Shown here: positions 44,209-58,451 of the stretch, in pieces
Numbering within the stretch: the first letter of the stretch is position 1
Layout of the letters: every line of letters begins with the position of its first letter
NCBI RefSeq assembly: GCF_009914755.1
Contig: NC_060940.1
Length of the DNA: 64,000 nt
Source of the DNA: the human T2T-CHM13v2.0 reference genome, Homo sapiens
Direction: 5' to 3' (one strand)
Notes under the pieces: model-generated
Told to the model about the DNA's origin: nothing
Database searches by the model: none
Seen by the model: only the letters and a program-made list of their open reading frames with translations
Position numbers and translations under genes: made by a program

Positions 44209-44911
44209 CAAGTTGCAATCCTGGTTCTTAATAAGAAGCCTTCTCAGAGGATAAGCTAGTTTATAGAGGAAGCTGGATGAGGTAAAGAGGAGGCTTTATA
44301 AGTCTATTGTCTCTCAAGCTGATGTTCCCATGTGAAGATGGAACAGGGAAGACAGATTCTATTTGCTCAGCAGAAAAGGCCAACTTCACTCTCAGCCAGT
44401 TGTTCACAAACAGCAAATTGTTTCTGCCCTATTTCTTTGTACCATCAAAGAAAAGAAACAGGCCAATATATTTCTCAGTTCCCAAAGTTAAGGAGAAGGT
44501 GTCCGTGGTGAAAATAACCCGCCTCGTTTTAGCTCCTTCCACCGGAGGCAAGGAACAGGACCAACTAACATGTTTTCTGAAACGAATGCTCTGGATATTT
44601 GCTGATGGGGCAGGTTATAAATTGTTCTTGAATTTATGCAGAGGCTCACTTTGCATCAACCAGGGCTAATAAATCAGGATGCAGAGAAATCAAGGCAGCT
44701 GTGCAAAATACAGTTCACATGGAAGTGTGGACAGTGGACAAATCTGACACAGAGAGACAATACTCGGCTATGTAAATCGGTGCATAACATAAAGCACAAT
44801 GTGCATACTACCTGGGACTGAAATTATCTCCTTCTCAGTCTTGCTTCCAACACTACCCGTTCCTGCCATAATAATGATAAACTCTCATATCTAAAAAATA
44901 AGATAAAATAA

Positions 44912-45245
<334 letters not shown>

Positions 45246-45560
45246 GGTTGGATATGGGGGTTCGTGCCTGAAATCACACTGTTTTGGGAGGCTGAGGCAG
45301 GAGGATTATTTGAAGCCAGGAGTTCGAGACTAGTCTAGGCAACATAGTGAAACCCCATCTCTACAAAAAAATTTTTAAAAAGAAATAGCAGAGTATGGTG
45401 GCCTGCACCTGTAATCCTACCTACTTGGAAGGCAGAGGCAGGAGGATCACTGTAGCCCAGGAACTCAAGGCTGCAGTAAGCTACGATCATGACACTGCAC
45501 TCCAGCCTGGGTGACACGAAGTGAGAACCCATCACTAAAATAAAATAAATAATAAATAAA
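45246..45560 (+). mobile_element. AluJ (Jo-like)
   Basis: gaggcaggaggatt..ttga.gccaggagttc...aggctgcagt.agcta.gatc. Confidence 0.9.
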
Positions 45561-47879
45561 TCTGTTTTATTTTGTTTTCCCTAAAAATTGAGGCTCTTCC
45601 ATTTTAAATCTCTCCTGTGCAATGGGCATGCTTCCCTCCTACATTGCAGGTTGGGAAACAAAGACACAGAGGAAATGGGTGGCTTGCCCAAAGTCACCCA
45701 AAAACTCTGTCAGAGAGAGAACTCAGACTAAAACCTAAATCTGCCCCTAACTCCAACCCCCATTCGTAAAGACCCCAGTCTCCAAGTCAACAGAGGCAAG
45801 AGATCCCAGGTCCATCATGAGTCAGGACAGGCGGCTCATGTGGGGAAAAGGATGCATTCTTTGTTTTTGCTCCTGGCTCAGATTTCGGACACATCATTGT
45901 AATCCTCTGGTCTTCTGTTGCACCATCATGTCTTCTTACTTGCAAAGAGTAGTCTGATATTCTACAGGAATTGCAGATGGAAAGTTTATTTTTGAACATT
46001 CTGTAGTGAGGCAAGGGAAGAAGAAATCCATCACATGGAATATCACCCTCCATGTTATCATCTTACATCTTTGGCACAAACGCTCGGAAGTAAAGGTAAT
46101 AGTGTGAAATACCTCCTTTCTCACTTAAAAATGGAATGAATGATCTAGATCTTCAACAATAGGCTCATTTTTCCAATTTCCAACGCGAACTGCTGAAGAG
46201 GGCCCTGCACCTGTCAGAATGCAAAGCCCATTTGTCAGTTCCTGGATAGTTTCTTTCAGCTATTTCAAGAGGTGACCTGGGTTACTTCCCCCATCTTCTC
46301 TGTACTCAGGCCTTGTAGCTCCTTCTCTCTAAGGCAATAAAGTAAACTGTCATTGTTCCAGAGAATGTGGAGCCCTCCTCGTCCCCAGGTGGGAGGTGAA
46401 ATGAGAGAGTCTCAGCAATGGGATCCCATCAATTAGGAGGAAAGCATTCTCTTCACTAAGTTCTGCCCTGAGGATTGACGTCCCCGAGATGTTAACCTCT
46501 GTGTGTCAATGAAGCAGGGAAACTGGACAGTTGGTTCACTTTTCTAAATGCAGGAGCAAGATGAGGGAAATTATTGATTTCTATCAAAACAGACAAGAAG
46601 CAAATAGAAGAGAAGACCATGGGCAGGGAAGGGTTTGAATACAAATGGAAACCACCAGGCATAGCATTGGGAGCTTCTGAACTGAGTTTCAGGTCAGAGG
46701 TACCTGCGTCACCACAGCATGGAAAAACGTAAGGGAGAATTCTTGGCTCACCATCTCCATTGGAACTCCTTTACCCTGAAAGTGCTTTTTCCAGTGTCTC
46801 CTGTTGCTATGGTAATTAGAGGTATTCCTGGCTGGGATCTTGATGATGGTGAATAAGCAAACAAACATACAACCTCATTTCATCTGGTTTTAAGGGTTAA
46901 CAAGCAAATAAATGCAAGCTAAGGTGATAGGGTATGACAAGGGAGGGGAGGGGCTCTTGGAGACTGACTCGGTCAAACAGACACCTGAAAAGTCCAGGGA
47001 CGAGCTGAAGAATCCCCTGAGACTGGGAGAAAGGAAGACTGTTGGTCCTTGGTTTCATCAAATTCTTCAATGTATTTCCTCCTATCATCCCCTTAAGGTT
47101 AAGAGTATCTGCAAGAGAGAATGGTTAGAGAAGGCCACTCTGAGGAAGCAGCATCTGAGCTGAGGCCTGAATTATAAGAAATCAGCCCCCTGGAGACTGC
47201 AGAGGGTTTGGAAAAGGGAAGAGGGAAAGCAAGGCTAAGCCCATCTAAGACACAAAGAGGTCAAACAGCACAAGCCAGATGTGGTCAAGAGAATCTGGGG
47301 GACAAACAAAAGAAGAGACATTTTTAAGCAGGTTCATGGAGGGGATAGATGACGAATTAGGATTTTTAAATGGATTTCTAAGCATTAATCCCCTCAGGTT
47401 TAATAAAGACAAGAAGGTTGTTGCTGTTGTTGTCGTTGGTGGTGGTGGTGGTGTTTTGGTCAAGATATTGTGAAGAAGACCAGCCCTTTCAGGCTACAGT
47501 AACACAACTTCCAAGGAGGGCTTGGGTACAAGTGAGCAAAGGAAGGAGGGGTCCAAACCAGTCTATTCACTCCCAGTCATAATGAAACTTCCCCAAACAC
47601 ATAAATCACCCAAGGTCCCAGTCATCTAATAACACCTCTGACCTCCCAGTGTATGCTATGCTTATAATGTTTGTGATTCTTGCACTTACATTTTCCAAAG
47701 CCCTCATCCCCTTTCCTTTGAGTGGGTCCCCCTATATCCTCAGTATGCTTTTTCAATGCAAGGGATAAATGACCCCCTTAACACTAGCTTCCATTTAAAG
47801 AGGGGATAGAGAAGTAAGGCTTATGGGATCTATGTGGGATCATCAATGAGTCTAAGATAATAACAGAGGGATTTGCAGG

Positions 47880-48170
47880 GAGGTAGAGAAATAAACTAGG
47901 AGAGCTAGAAGGGCATTGACCAAGAGTGAGCAAAGAGGTAAAACAATAGATCAAGGAAGAAAAGGAATAGGAGGAATAAAAAGAAAGCAGGCAGAGGGTG
48001 GCAAAAAAAAAAAAAAAAAAAAAAAAAAAGAAAGAAAGAAGTAAGAGGGAAGAGAACAGAAGGAAACAGAGAAAGGAGGATTTGGAAAGTAAAGAAACTA
48101 AGGAGAAAGAAGTATGGAAATAAAATAATAAAAGAATGGGATAAGTTGAATGTCAGAAAGAGAAGATGCG
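47880..48170 (+). repeat. Purine-rich low-complexity tract including A27 (48003-48029)
   Basis: Read directly from the sequence. Confidence 0.8.
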
Positions 48171-49618
48171 AGCCAACCAAGAAAATGACAGAGTTACGTA
48201 GGGTGGAAGGGCATCTCCAACAATTACCCCAACCTGCATCATAACCTGCCTCTTTCACCTTCCAGAGGGAGCAGACCTCATTCTCTTCTACCACATTGCA
48301 TTGCGTGAAACCACTGCTGACACTCCCTCCCACGATGCAGGCTCCCTGGGCTCCCCTGAGCAGCTATTCTTTCAGACTCAGGCACGCATGAAAATTGAGT
48401 TCAGCTAAATGCAAACTGAACTCCAGAAGACCTGCTCCTACCCATCACTGTAATCGTTAAGGGAGAAAATTAATTGCCTGAGGCCAGAGTGTCGAAATCC
48501 AACTAGACATCTCCTCCCAAGTGACCTGTCCCTGAGCAGATTGTGGTGGGCACACCTGTAAGTAATATTCCAACTTCATTTGTCTACACATAATTTCCCT
48601 TGTCAGGATTTATAATCATATACACATAGCTGTTGTGGTTTTTATGGAGTTTCTGTCTTTCCCAATACACCATAAGCTCCACCAATGGGAAGAGGCTATA
48701 CCTATTTTTTAACACTACAGCACCTAGCACATAGACTAATCACTCATCAAAAATTCTCAATGATGGAGAGATGAATAGGGGTGGGGATTTCAAACCAGGA
48801 CTCACAGTTCTTAACAAAGAAAACAGAATAAAAATAAAATGTTCATTTTTCTGGTCTGATTCCTCTAACACCAGGTGTTTTTTTAAATCATAAAATTATC
48901 TCTCACATATTAAGTAGCTAATTGCTATGACATTTCAAACAAAAAAACGCCAACCTTTACACAACTTAAGTCATGCTCTTTCGTTCCTTTAAGGAAACCA
49001 TGATTTTTTTCATCATCACCAGCCCAAAAATGTATCATCCTGACAACACAGAAGAAAAAACAACTTGATTAATCTTGGAAAATTTCCTCCAAAATCGAAA
49101 CACTGATTGCTGAGTTAAAACTCAAAACAGGAGCTCTGTCCTGAACTGGCCTGTAGACTTTCTAACACTGGAACAAACCAGTAATCACTAGTGTTGGAGA
49201 TGCTATAATTGAAGTCAGCTTATGACAACAGGGAAAAGGCTGAGTCTAAAAGCTCTCACCATTCAACACTCCCCACTCACAATGTTCCCACTCCAAATGG
49301 TACAGTAATGGTGTGATGATAGGTCCATCCAGATTCTATCCCGGGGGATCTCTTCCTGTGTGTAGCCTTCCCCCTACACTTTTTCTTGGTATCATTGATC
49401 TCCTTCTGTTTTTCCTTTCTTTTCATGTTTTCTTTCAATTTGATTCATTTATATACACATATGAATATATTCTCCTTTGATAAATCCAAACATTAAGAGA
49501 CAAAGCTAAAGCCCTCTTGACTGCCATCCCTAATCTCAACTCATCCCCAACATCGACCATTCTTGTGTTACATGTTTGTTGTGTATCCACTCAAACCTCT
49601 GTCTATGCATTGATGTGC

Positions 49619-49981
49619 TAATATGGTCTGGCTGTGTCCCCACCCAAATTTCATCTTGAATCATAGCTCCCATAATCCCACATGTCATGGGAGGGACCCC
49701 GTGGGAGGTAAGTTAATCATGGAGGTGGGTTTTTCCTGTGCTATTCTCATGATAGTGAATAAGTCTCACAAGATCTGATGGTTTTATAAAGGGCAGTTCC
49801 CTTGCACATGCTCTCTTGCCTGCCACCATGTAAGACATGCCTTTGTTCCTGCTTTACCTTCCACCATGATTGTGAGGCCTCCCCAGCCATGTGGAAATGT
49901 GAGTCCATTAAACCTCTTTTTCTTTGTAAATTACCCAGTCTTGGGTATTTCTTCATAGCAGTATGAAAATAGACTAATACA
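49619..49981 (+). mobile_element. THE1C-like MaLR solo LTR
   Basis: atatggtctggctgtgtccccacccaaat...gactaataca; 5-bp TSD tgtgc/tgtac. Confidence 0.92.
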
Positions 49982-50229
49982 TGTACCTACTACATTTATT
50001 TATAGAATTATAACACCTCATTCCATAACTTTTTACACAAATAATAGGTTATGCTTTTTGTTCTATAACTGTCTGTTTTTACCCAAAAACATGTCTTGGA
50101 GACCTCTCCATACCAGTATGAGGCTCTACTTTATTCTACTAGATGAATCTTTCCCATGGTGCTCATGTGTCATGGGTTAGCCATGGCACTGCGATTGATA
50201 TTTAGTCCATATCTGTTGTTATATAAGAG

Positions 50230-50555
50230 TGGCATGAACCTCGAAAACGTCATGATAAACGACAGGAGCCAGGCATAACACTGTATGATTCCATTCACAT
50301 AAAATGTCCAGAATAGGCAAATCCATAGAGACAGAAATTAGATTATTGGTTGCCAGGGAGCTGGAAGGATGGGGCATGTTGTGTGAATACTTAATAGATA
50401 CAGAATTTTCATTTGGAGTCATGAAAATGTTTTGGAAGTAGAGATCGAAGGTCCTTGCACAACATTGTGAATGTACTTAATGCCACTGAATTGTACTCTT
50501 TAAAATGGTTAAAATAGTAAACTCTATGTTATGGGCACTTTACTGCAATAAAAAA
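50230..50555 (+). mobile_element. L1MB 3' end
   Basis: aaatgtccagaataggcaaatccatagagacagaa...acaacattgtgaatgtacttaatgccactgaattgtac. Confidence 0.88.
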
Positions 50556-51324
50556 CATAGAACTGCCAGATCACAAAGTATGCTCTTTAAATTTTTATAA
50601 AAATTGGCAAATTGCCTTGCAAAATCTTACTCCCTTTATGTTTTTGTATTACTGTATATATCTCTATGTATCTTTCTCAACTAATTTCAGAATCAGTCTC
50701 ACTCTTCTCTCTCTCTCTCCTTCTCCCTCCCTCCTTTTCTCTCCCCCTTGCCTTCCTCTCCAACTCTCTAACAGTTCTGACAATAGTCACAAATACTCCT
50801 CCTCCCCCTCCTGCAAAAACTTTTCAGGTCATGTATCAGTTTCAATTACATGCATTGCTTTCTCCTTCAGGACTTCCTGGATGGCTTGCTGAGGGACATA
50901 AACATCCTAGGGGTGCGAGTAGGGGGTGTGGAATATACAAAGAATCCTTATTTCTTTAGTCAGCTCAGAGCCAATGGAAGCATTACATCAGCAGAACAAA
51001 CAATATTAAATTAGAGGTTCCAACAACTCACAATTCCTATTATACAAGTGTAGTATTTTCCTCCAAACAGCACAGAAACTTACACTGAAAGCAGCTTCCC
51101 AGGCACCTGCTGGCCCAAGAAGGATGTTCTTATGTCAAAGAGTTTCCAGCTATATTAGAGAGGTAGTAGAGTCAGTGGTTAAGAATCCAAGTTCTGGTAT
51201 CAGACTGCCTGGGTTCAAATCCTGACTCAACTGCTTAACTCAAGAAGTGACCTTGGCATATTAAACTTACCACTCTAAACAGCATTTTGTAATCTCTAAA
51301 ATGAAGGATTGATAAGAATCAAGC

Positions 51325-51728
51325 TGTCCATCAATGAGACTGGATAAAGAAAATGTGGCACATATACACTATGGAATACTATGCAGCCATAAAAAAGGAT
51401 GAGTTCATGTCTTTTGCAGGGACATGGATGAAGCTAGAAACCATCATTCTCAGCAAACTAACACAAGAACAGAAAACCAAACACTGCATGTTCTCACTCA
51501 TAAGTGGGAGTTGAACAATTAGAACACATGGACACAGAAAGGGGAACATCACACACTGGGTCTGTCAGGGGTTGGGGGCTAGGGGAGGGATAGCATTAGG
51601 AGAAACACCTAATGTAGGTGACAGGTTGATGAGCGCAGCAGACCACCATCACATGGGCATACCTCTTTAACAAAACTGCACATTCTGCACATGTACCCCA
51701 CAACTGAAAGTATATATATAAAAAAGAA
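51325..51728 (+). mobile_element. L1PA7-like 3' end inside a MIR
   Basis: ggggctaggggagggatagcattaggagaaa.acctaatgtag; 11-bp TSD aagaatcaagc at 51314 and 51729. Confidence 0.92.
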
Positions 51729-51782
51729 AAGAATCAAGCAAGATACGGAGGCTAATCACTGATCACAGGCTCTCACACAGGG

Positions 51783-52265
51783 GGTATTAGTTTCCATTTG
51801 CTGTTGTAACAAATTCCACAAGCACAACGACTTAGAATAACACACAATTATTATTCTGCAATTCTGAGGTCATAAATTCTAAATGGGCTCACTAGGCTAA
51901 AAATCAAAGTATGGACAAAGCTGTGTTCCTCCAGAACTCTAGGAAAGATTCCATGTCTTTGCCTTTCCAGGTTCCAGGGAGTTCCTGCATTCCTCCCCTG
52001 AGCACCCTCATTATTCCACCTCTGTTTCCTCTACCTTCACTATACATCTCCTCCTCTGACTCTCTCCCTCCTGCCTCATTTCTTCCCTTATAAGGACCCA
52101 GTATTATTACACTGGGTTGACCTGAATAGTCCAGGATAATCTCCCCATTTCAAGAGCCTTAACTTAATCACAGTTGTAAAATCTCTTTTGCCAAATTAGG
52201 CAACACATCCACTGGTTCCAAGCATTAGGGCATGGACACATTTGGTGAGTCCTTCTCCTACCACA
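51783..52265 (-). mobile_element. MLT1C-like solo LTR
   Basis: gtattagtttcc...gtaacaaatt...tccaggataatctcccca...cctaccaca. Confidence 0.85.
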
Positions 52266-53299
52266 TGTGAAGAACATGCATGTGTTAACCACTGCGGCTA
52301 TTTCTACACTACTCCTACTATTACAGAGAAAGAAAGTTTTTTTTCTCCTCCTAAAAGGAAAATAAGTAGCAGTCATGTCTCAGCTATCAAGAGAAAGGGT
52401 AAAAACCTATACCCTCATTCCTTGAAATTCCTCTAAAATTACTTAATATATTGCTTTTCTTCCACCAGTGGGCCACTTGTTGGAAGTCCTAAGCAGTGAG
52501 TTATGTTCTAAAGCACTATTAATAGTCTATAGAGTCCTTTAAGGTACTTTAGCATGGAATAAGGGAGGAAACAGAGGAGAGAGAACAGTGTTCTGGGTAC
52601 CTTGGCCTACCGGATCTACACTGATTTCATTGTATTAAGGAAGACAAAAAAACAAAGATTCTTCTCTATCCATCATGCTTCTTTGGTTTTGGACAGCACC
52701 TTGTAAATATCATTTTCCTCTTTCTCCTTTTTCTTCTCTTCCGCTGCTGTCTTCATTTATTTATTTTTCTATTTCTCCAGAAATGGGTGCAATACTGCAT
52801 ATCTTCAGCTTCTTCAGTTTTGTACTCCCATTACTTTGGTCCTAGTCTTGGTTATACTCAAAGGGCAGATTTCACAAATGAACTCTAGACTCCTCCTGGG
52901 CCCAGGAAGTTTGTCCTGCTTACCATGGCCATAATCTGTAGGCAATGACTCTCCATCCCTGAGACCCATTAATTTAACTAGGATGATAAACAGAAAAATA
53001 AATAAAGGTGTTGTGATATGGGGAAGAAAAGCAGCATACTGAGGTCAGCCTACCTTACCCGTGGGCCCCAATTGTCCTGGGCAAGTTACTTTTCCTTTCT
53101 TCGCCTCAGTTTCCTTATCTGTAACATCAGAGGCTGAGCAGGATGATCTTGTGGGTCTCTTCAAACTCTGAGATTCTATGAGTCTATACAAAGAGTGTTT
53201 ATCCAAACCAAGAACAGAGGAGAAGAAATGGCACCAATATTGGAACCATGAAGTCCTGGGTTTAAATTGTGGCTCTATTATCTACTACCTGGGTGCATC

Positions 53300-53836
53300 T
53301 ATCAGGTAGGATTCACCCGGTTGCAAGTGACAGAAAATTCAAACCATCTTAAACAATAGAGATACATAAGCTTCTGTGACTGGAATGACCAGTGGCAAAG
53401 ATGGCTTCAGGAGTTTTCAAGTCAGTAGACCAATGATGTCATCAAGATTTTGCTCCTTCCAACTCTCTGCCCTACATACCCTCTGCTGAAACTATCTTAT
53501 GGCTGGTGCCCCATCGTGAACACAACATGGGAACCTGCCAACATTCCACAAGTGCTTCCATGCATGCTCTTGTATCTTTAGAAGGTTCTCAGAAGCCCTC
53601 CAATAAAATCTCCCATCTCATTGTTCTTAACTATGATTCATGCTAATCAATGAGCCAGTCACCATGGCCAGTGAATCAGAATTGCATGGATTGGCTTAAG
53701 CCTGAGTCACATGGCCTGCTTTTACCAAAGGACATGAAATTCATGGGGTAGGCACGGATATCCAACGGGAAATTATGGCAGTTACCATAAGAAAAAAGAG
53801 CAAATTTGAGGAGAGACAAATAAAATGTCCACCACA
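53300..53836 (-). mobile_element. MLT1K/L-like LTR inside a MIR
   Basis: ggttgcaagtgacagaaa...ggcttcagg...gattggctta.gcctg.gtcacatg...atgtccaccaca. Confidence 0.65.
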
Positions 53837-54539
53837 ACGGCCTTTGAGAATATATTTAACTTCTCTTAGTTTCAGTTTACTCATTGATAAACCAGGATAA
53901 CACCTACCTTTAATTAGGATTAGATGCAGGGATATTTATCAATCATTCATTCTGGCATTTAGTTTACCCTGGCAGCATTTTTCTAATAAAATGTAGCTAC
54001 TAATATCATCATTATTATCAGCACCATTACCACTAGAGAAAAAGCTATAGAAACTAACACAGCTTCCTTTGGCTCTTACCAGGTGAACCTTGAGAAATCT
54101 CTGAGATGGCCTCATGTATCACACTAGAGCTTGCAAATGGCATAAAATAATCAGATAAAACAAGGTACAAGATGAGGAGGCATCAGGTTCCTTAATGCTT
54201 TAACATCAGCTCAGTGCAAATGGTGAACTGATAGTTCCTCTGAGCCCTTGGAAATACAATGGAAATCAAGTTTTGGAGAAACAGAATAATCAAAATGGGT
54301 TATTGCCAATAGATCTCCAACTAAGGGACAAGAAGACATAATAGATGAAACACCTAATCTGTGGAATACATTCCCCTAGGGAGAGCTGACCACAGATGGA
54401 ATGGCTATTCAGGAAGGCAATGAGAAATTCATCTCTGGAGGCTGAATGACCGGTTTCACGGATTAGGTGGGTAAGAGAAGGAAGTCAGTGTAGTCATCTA
54501 TAGGTACCTTCCTCACAGTAAGCCTGGAACTCCATGAGA

Positions 54540-54830
54540 GAAGTTGGAAACTGAGATGCCTACAGAAAGCACGCAGGCAACAAAATTGAGCAAAGTAGGG
54601 TGTGTAGAGTGTGAGATGAGCGAAGGGTTACCACCTTATCCCAAGGGGCAATGACTACACAACTCCAGCTTCTGTGGTCTGTGGCCATAGAAGAATACAA
54701 CTTGATGTTGCCAGCTCTTTCAGTATTTCAAGACAATCCAGAATTCAGGATTTTGTGTTAAAATCTTCCTATTTTAACAGTTGGTAAACCATGCACATTT
54801 AAGATTTTGTGTAGGACACATTTGTGAACG
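54540..54830. mobile_element. MER102-like hAT
   Basis: gatgcctacag...gttgccag...caaga.aatccagaatt.aggatttt.tgt.aaatct. Confidence 0.55.
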
Positions 54831-56084
54831 AGAGTCACCCAATGGACTTTGGAGAAAGGCATTTCATGGCCTTTAGGAGAAAGGCAATTTTCCTACTGGA
54901 AACCATAAGGCCTTTTATTCTTGTCGAAATTCATCAGTACTTTGTAAAATGGAATAAACTTTTAAGCATTAACTAGCAGAAAAATCTGGCATATTGCTGC
55001 TGAGTGAGTGTGTAGCAACTGACAATTATGGACAGTAGAACTCAAACTAGCTCTTGATGCATGGGAAGCGAATACGAGGCAATCAGTTTAAAATTAGAAC
55101 CACATTTCTTAGAGGCCTCCATCTGTCTTCCTACATGGGGAGTATGGAGTCCCTGATCCTTCATCTATTTTTGAGTGGCCCTGTCCAGATGAAGAGCAGA
55201 AACAGAAATCCTGGATTCTGATTCCAATGGGAGAGGCATGGAATGGTCAAAAGGGTGGTAGAAGAAAGAGAAAAACCCATGTGGAAAGTGTTCACAGCAG
55301 TAATTACCATAAAGGATTCCAGATAAGATATCTATTATGCAGGAAAAGGAAAAGACATCAAGATTAGCTAGGGATAATTAAAGAACAAAGTTAGTGAATT
55401 CAGGAAAAAGCTGGATAGGCCTGCTAAAAGATTAATAAAAAGAGAAAAAACGAACAGAGATGACCATGGTATTGTTTGCATTATTTTGGATATGGAAGGC
55501 AGGAAACCAAGAACACAGTGGGAGTATACCAAGTAGAGCTGAGTTCTTGGACAAGGCTGAAATTGTGCACACTCCCACTTCTGGTTGCCTTAGCAATGAG
55601 ACTCCCACTTTATACGAATGACATGAGAATGAGTAAAACCTTATGCAAATGAAGCACACAGTAATTAGAGGCAGAGCCACATGGAGTCTAGATGAGGCCA
55701 TGTCGGCAGAATATCTAGGGAATAGTCTGAGTGGGCTTATGCAGCAAAGAATGAGGTCATTAAAGCAAAGACACTGAGCTATGAGTAAGAGGAATAAGTG
55801 CTTGAGAAAGACTGTGGGTTCCACAGACTTGTTGGTTCTCCCACTGATTTTGGTCAAGTTATTTCAGGTAATGGATCATGCAGTCACACGTCCGCATTGC
55901 CTCACCTGCTCTATTTTACTGTGTCTCTCCTGGGAAGAAATCTTGGAAAAGGGTAAGAAGGTTGTTTACTGTCCTGGTTCCCTGTGTGTGCTGCCTCTCA
56001 CTATTACCCATGAAAGGGAATCAAAAGGGGGCTGGGAAAGTTTCACCGAGAGGGTTGAGAACACACAAATAAAGAGGACAATTA

Positions 56085-56891
<807 letters not shown>

Positions 56892-57429
56892 CGGGGCAAG
56901 AGAGAGTAGAAGTGGAAAGGAAAGACAATTTTAAGAATTGTTACTTAAAGTGCATTATAAATTAGATGCCCATGAATTTTATTGAAAAGACAAAAGTAAA
57001 ACGAAAATTTATTTTTATAAAAGCTCTGTGTTTCTCTGAATTTACAAAGTTTTGAGGCTAGAATATATGGGGCACTGGTAAGTATGTAGGTTACAAGCAT
57101 GAATCAAATAAAATAATCATTTGAAAAAATTGCATCTAGCAACATGCATCAAAGTAATTAGTTTAAGAAATTACTTCTTTGCCAGCACTTATTTTAAATA
57201 ACTACTGATATAATAAGTGACAGCGAAGATTTAGATATCAGAAGCTACTTATATTCTGGGCCAATGTACCCTTAAAAGTTGATTTCTCTCCTGCTTTCTC
57301 TCAGACAACTGCTGTTTATATTTGTAAGCTTGTGCAATTCCACAAATTAACAAACATGAGTATAACATTTTTTATTACTCACATTAACTGCTATTTTTCA
57401 ATCCAAAGGAAAATGAAGGAGAAATTTCA

Positions 57430-57741
57430 GAGCGATGGTCACAAAACCAAATTTTATAGGGGCCAAGTGTGTACCATGAGTGAGTGAAGTGGTCCAGATA
57501 CGTAAAGAGGTAAACTGGGGGGGTCCACGCCCTACCTGGAGAAAAAGATATTACTCACTTCCATCTGAATACTGCCATTTCAACAGACAGTATCACTGGA
57601 GCTTTTAAATCTTTAAGAGAAGTCAAATATCCAGAATTTCATGTAACATCTCCTGATTTGTAAATGTTGGAGACTAAGTCAAAGCACCATGTGGGCTGAA
57701 TAAAACTCATTCATCCTGTGGCCTGTCACTTTGCAAATTCC
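57430..57741. mobile_element. MER102-like hAT
   Basis: ggtcacaaa..caaat...ataggggcca...aagagaag.caaa.atccag.atttcatgt.a.atctcctgatt..taaatgttgg. Confidence 0.6.
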
Positions 57742-58451
57742 ATTATAAATTCTATTAAGTACTTTTCACTTTTTAAACCTAAGACAAAAAGGGGAAGTTT
57801 TCATCCAGTGAAATGACATGATCACATTTGTGTTGAATTTATTTCTAATGCAACCACATATACACAGTGACACACACATTTACACAAACCTCTGAGTGTA
57901 TGAATAAACTACCTTTGAAACCATAAGTTCTTAAGGGATAGCTTTTTACCTCAATATTACAGCTTTGGCCAGCACTGAGCAAAGACTGTTTTCCTTTCAG
58001 TGAAGATCTATGTAAGGATGTAGGCTGTTGTAATAATAACCTACTTCATATAAGAGAAAATAAGCTCCCAAATACAATGTGATTAGCCTCAGTGGTCAAT
58101 CTAAGCACAATTGTCCCAGGAACCTGGACACCATCCTAACTGCAGTCGTAGAAGTCACCAACTGTGCTCTCCTGGCCCTTGGTCAGGACTGCAATGAAAT
58201 CGTCTCAGGCAAAGGTGCATGCACCCAGATTTTTAAACCCAGTTTTTTTACAATGCAACTTCAACATCTGCATCAATAAATAAACCACGTGAACAACCAA
58301 AACGACTTTTTTAGACAGTGAGAAGAGCTGTGTGCAAGACAAAATGGGCCATGAGATAGAGAGTGCTAAGGGGGAGCGGTCAAGGAGGATCTATCACTCC
58401 TAAAGAGATGACATTCTGGCTGTGGCTAGAAGAACCCAATCATGTAAATTT

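Noticed and set aside
46752-46800. Minus-strand 49-nt exon candidate reading DTGKSTF (P-loop-like) with an ATG|GTGAG donor
   Set aside because: The acceptor has no pyrimidine tract, there are no partner exons, and so short a motif arises by chance.
47905-48333. 142-aa Phe/Leu-rich membrane-like ORF
   Set aside because: Antisense reading of a purine-rich, poly(A) tract.
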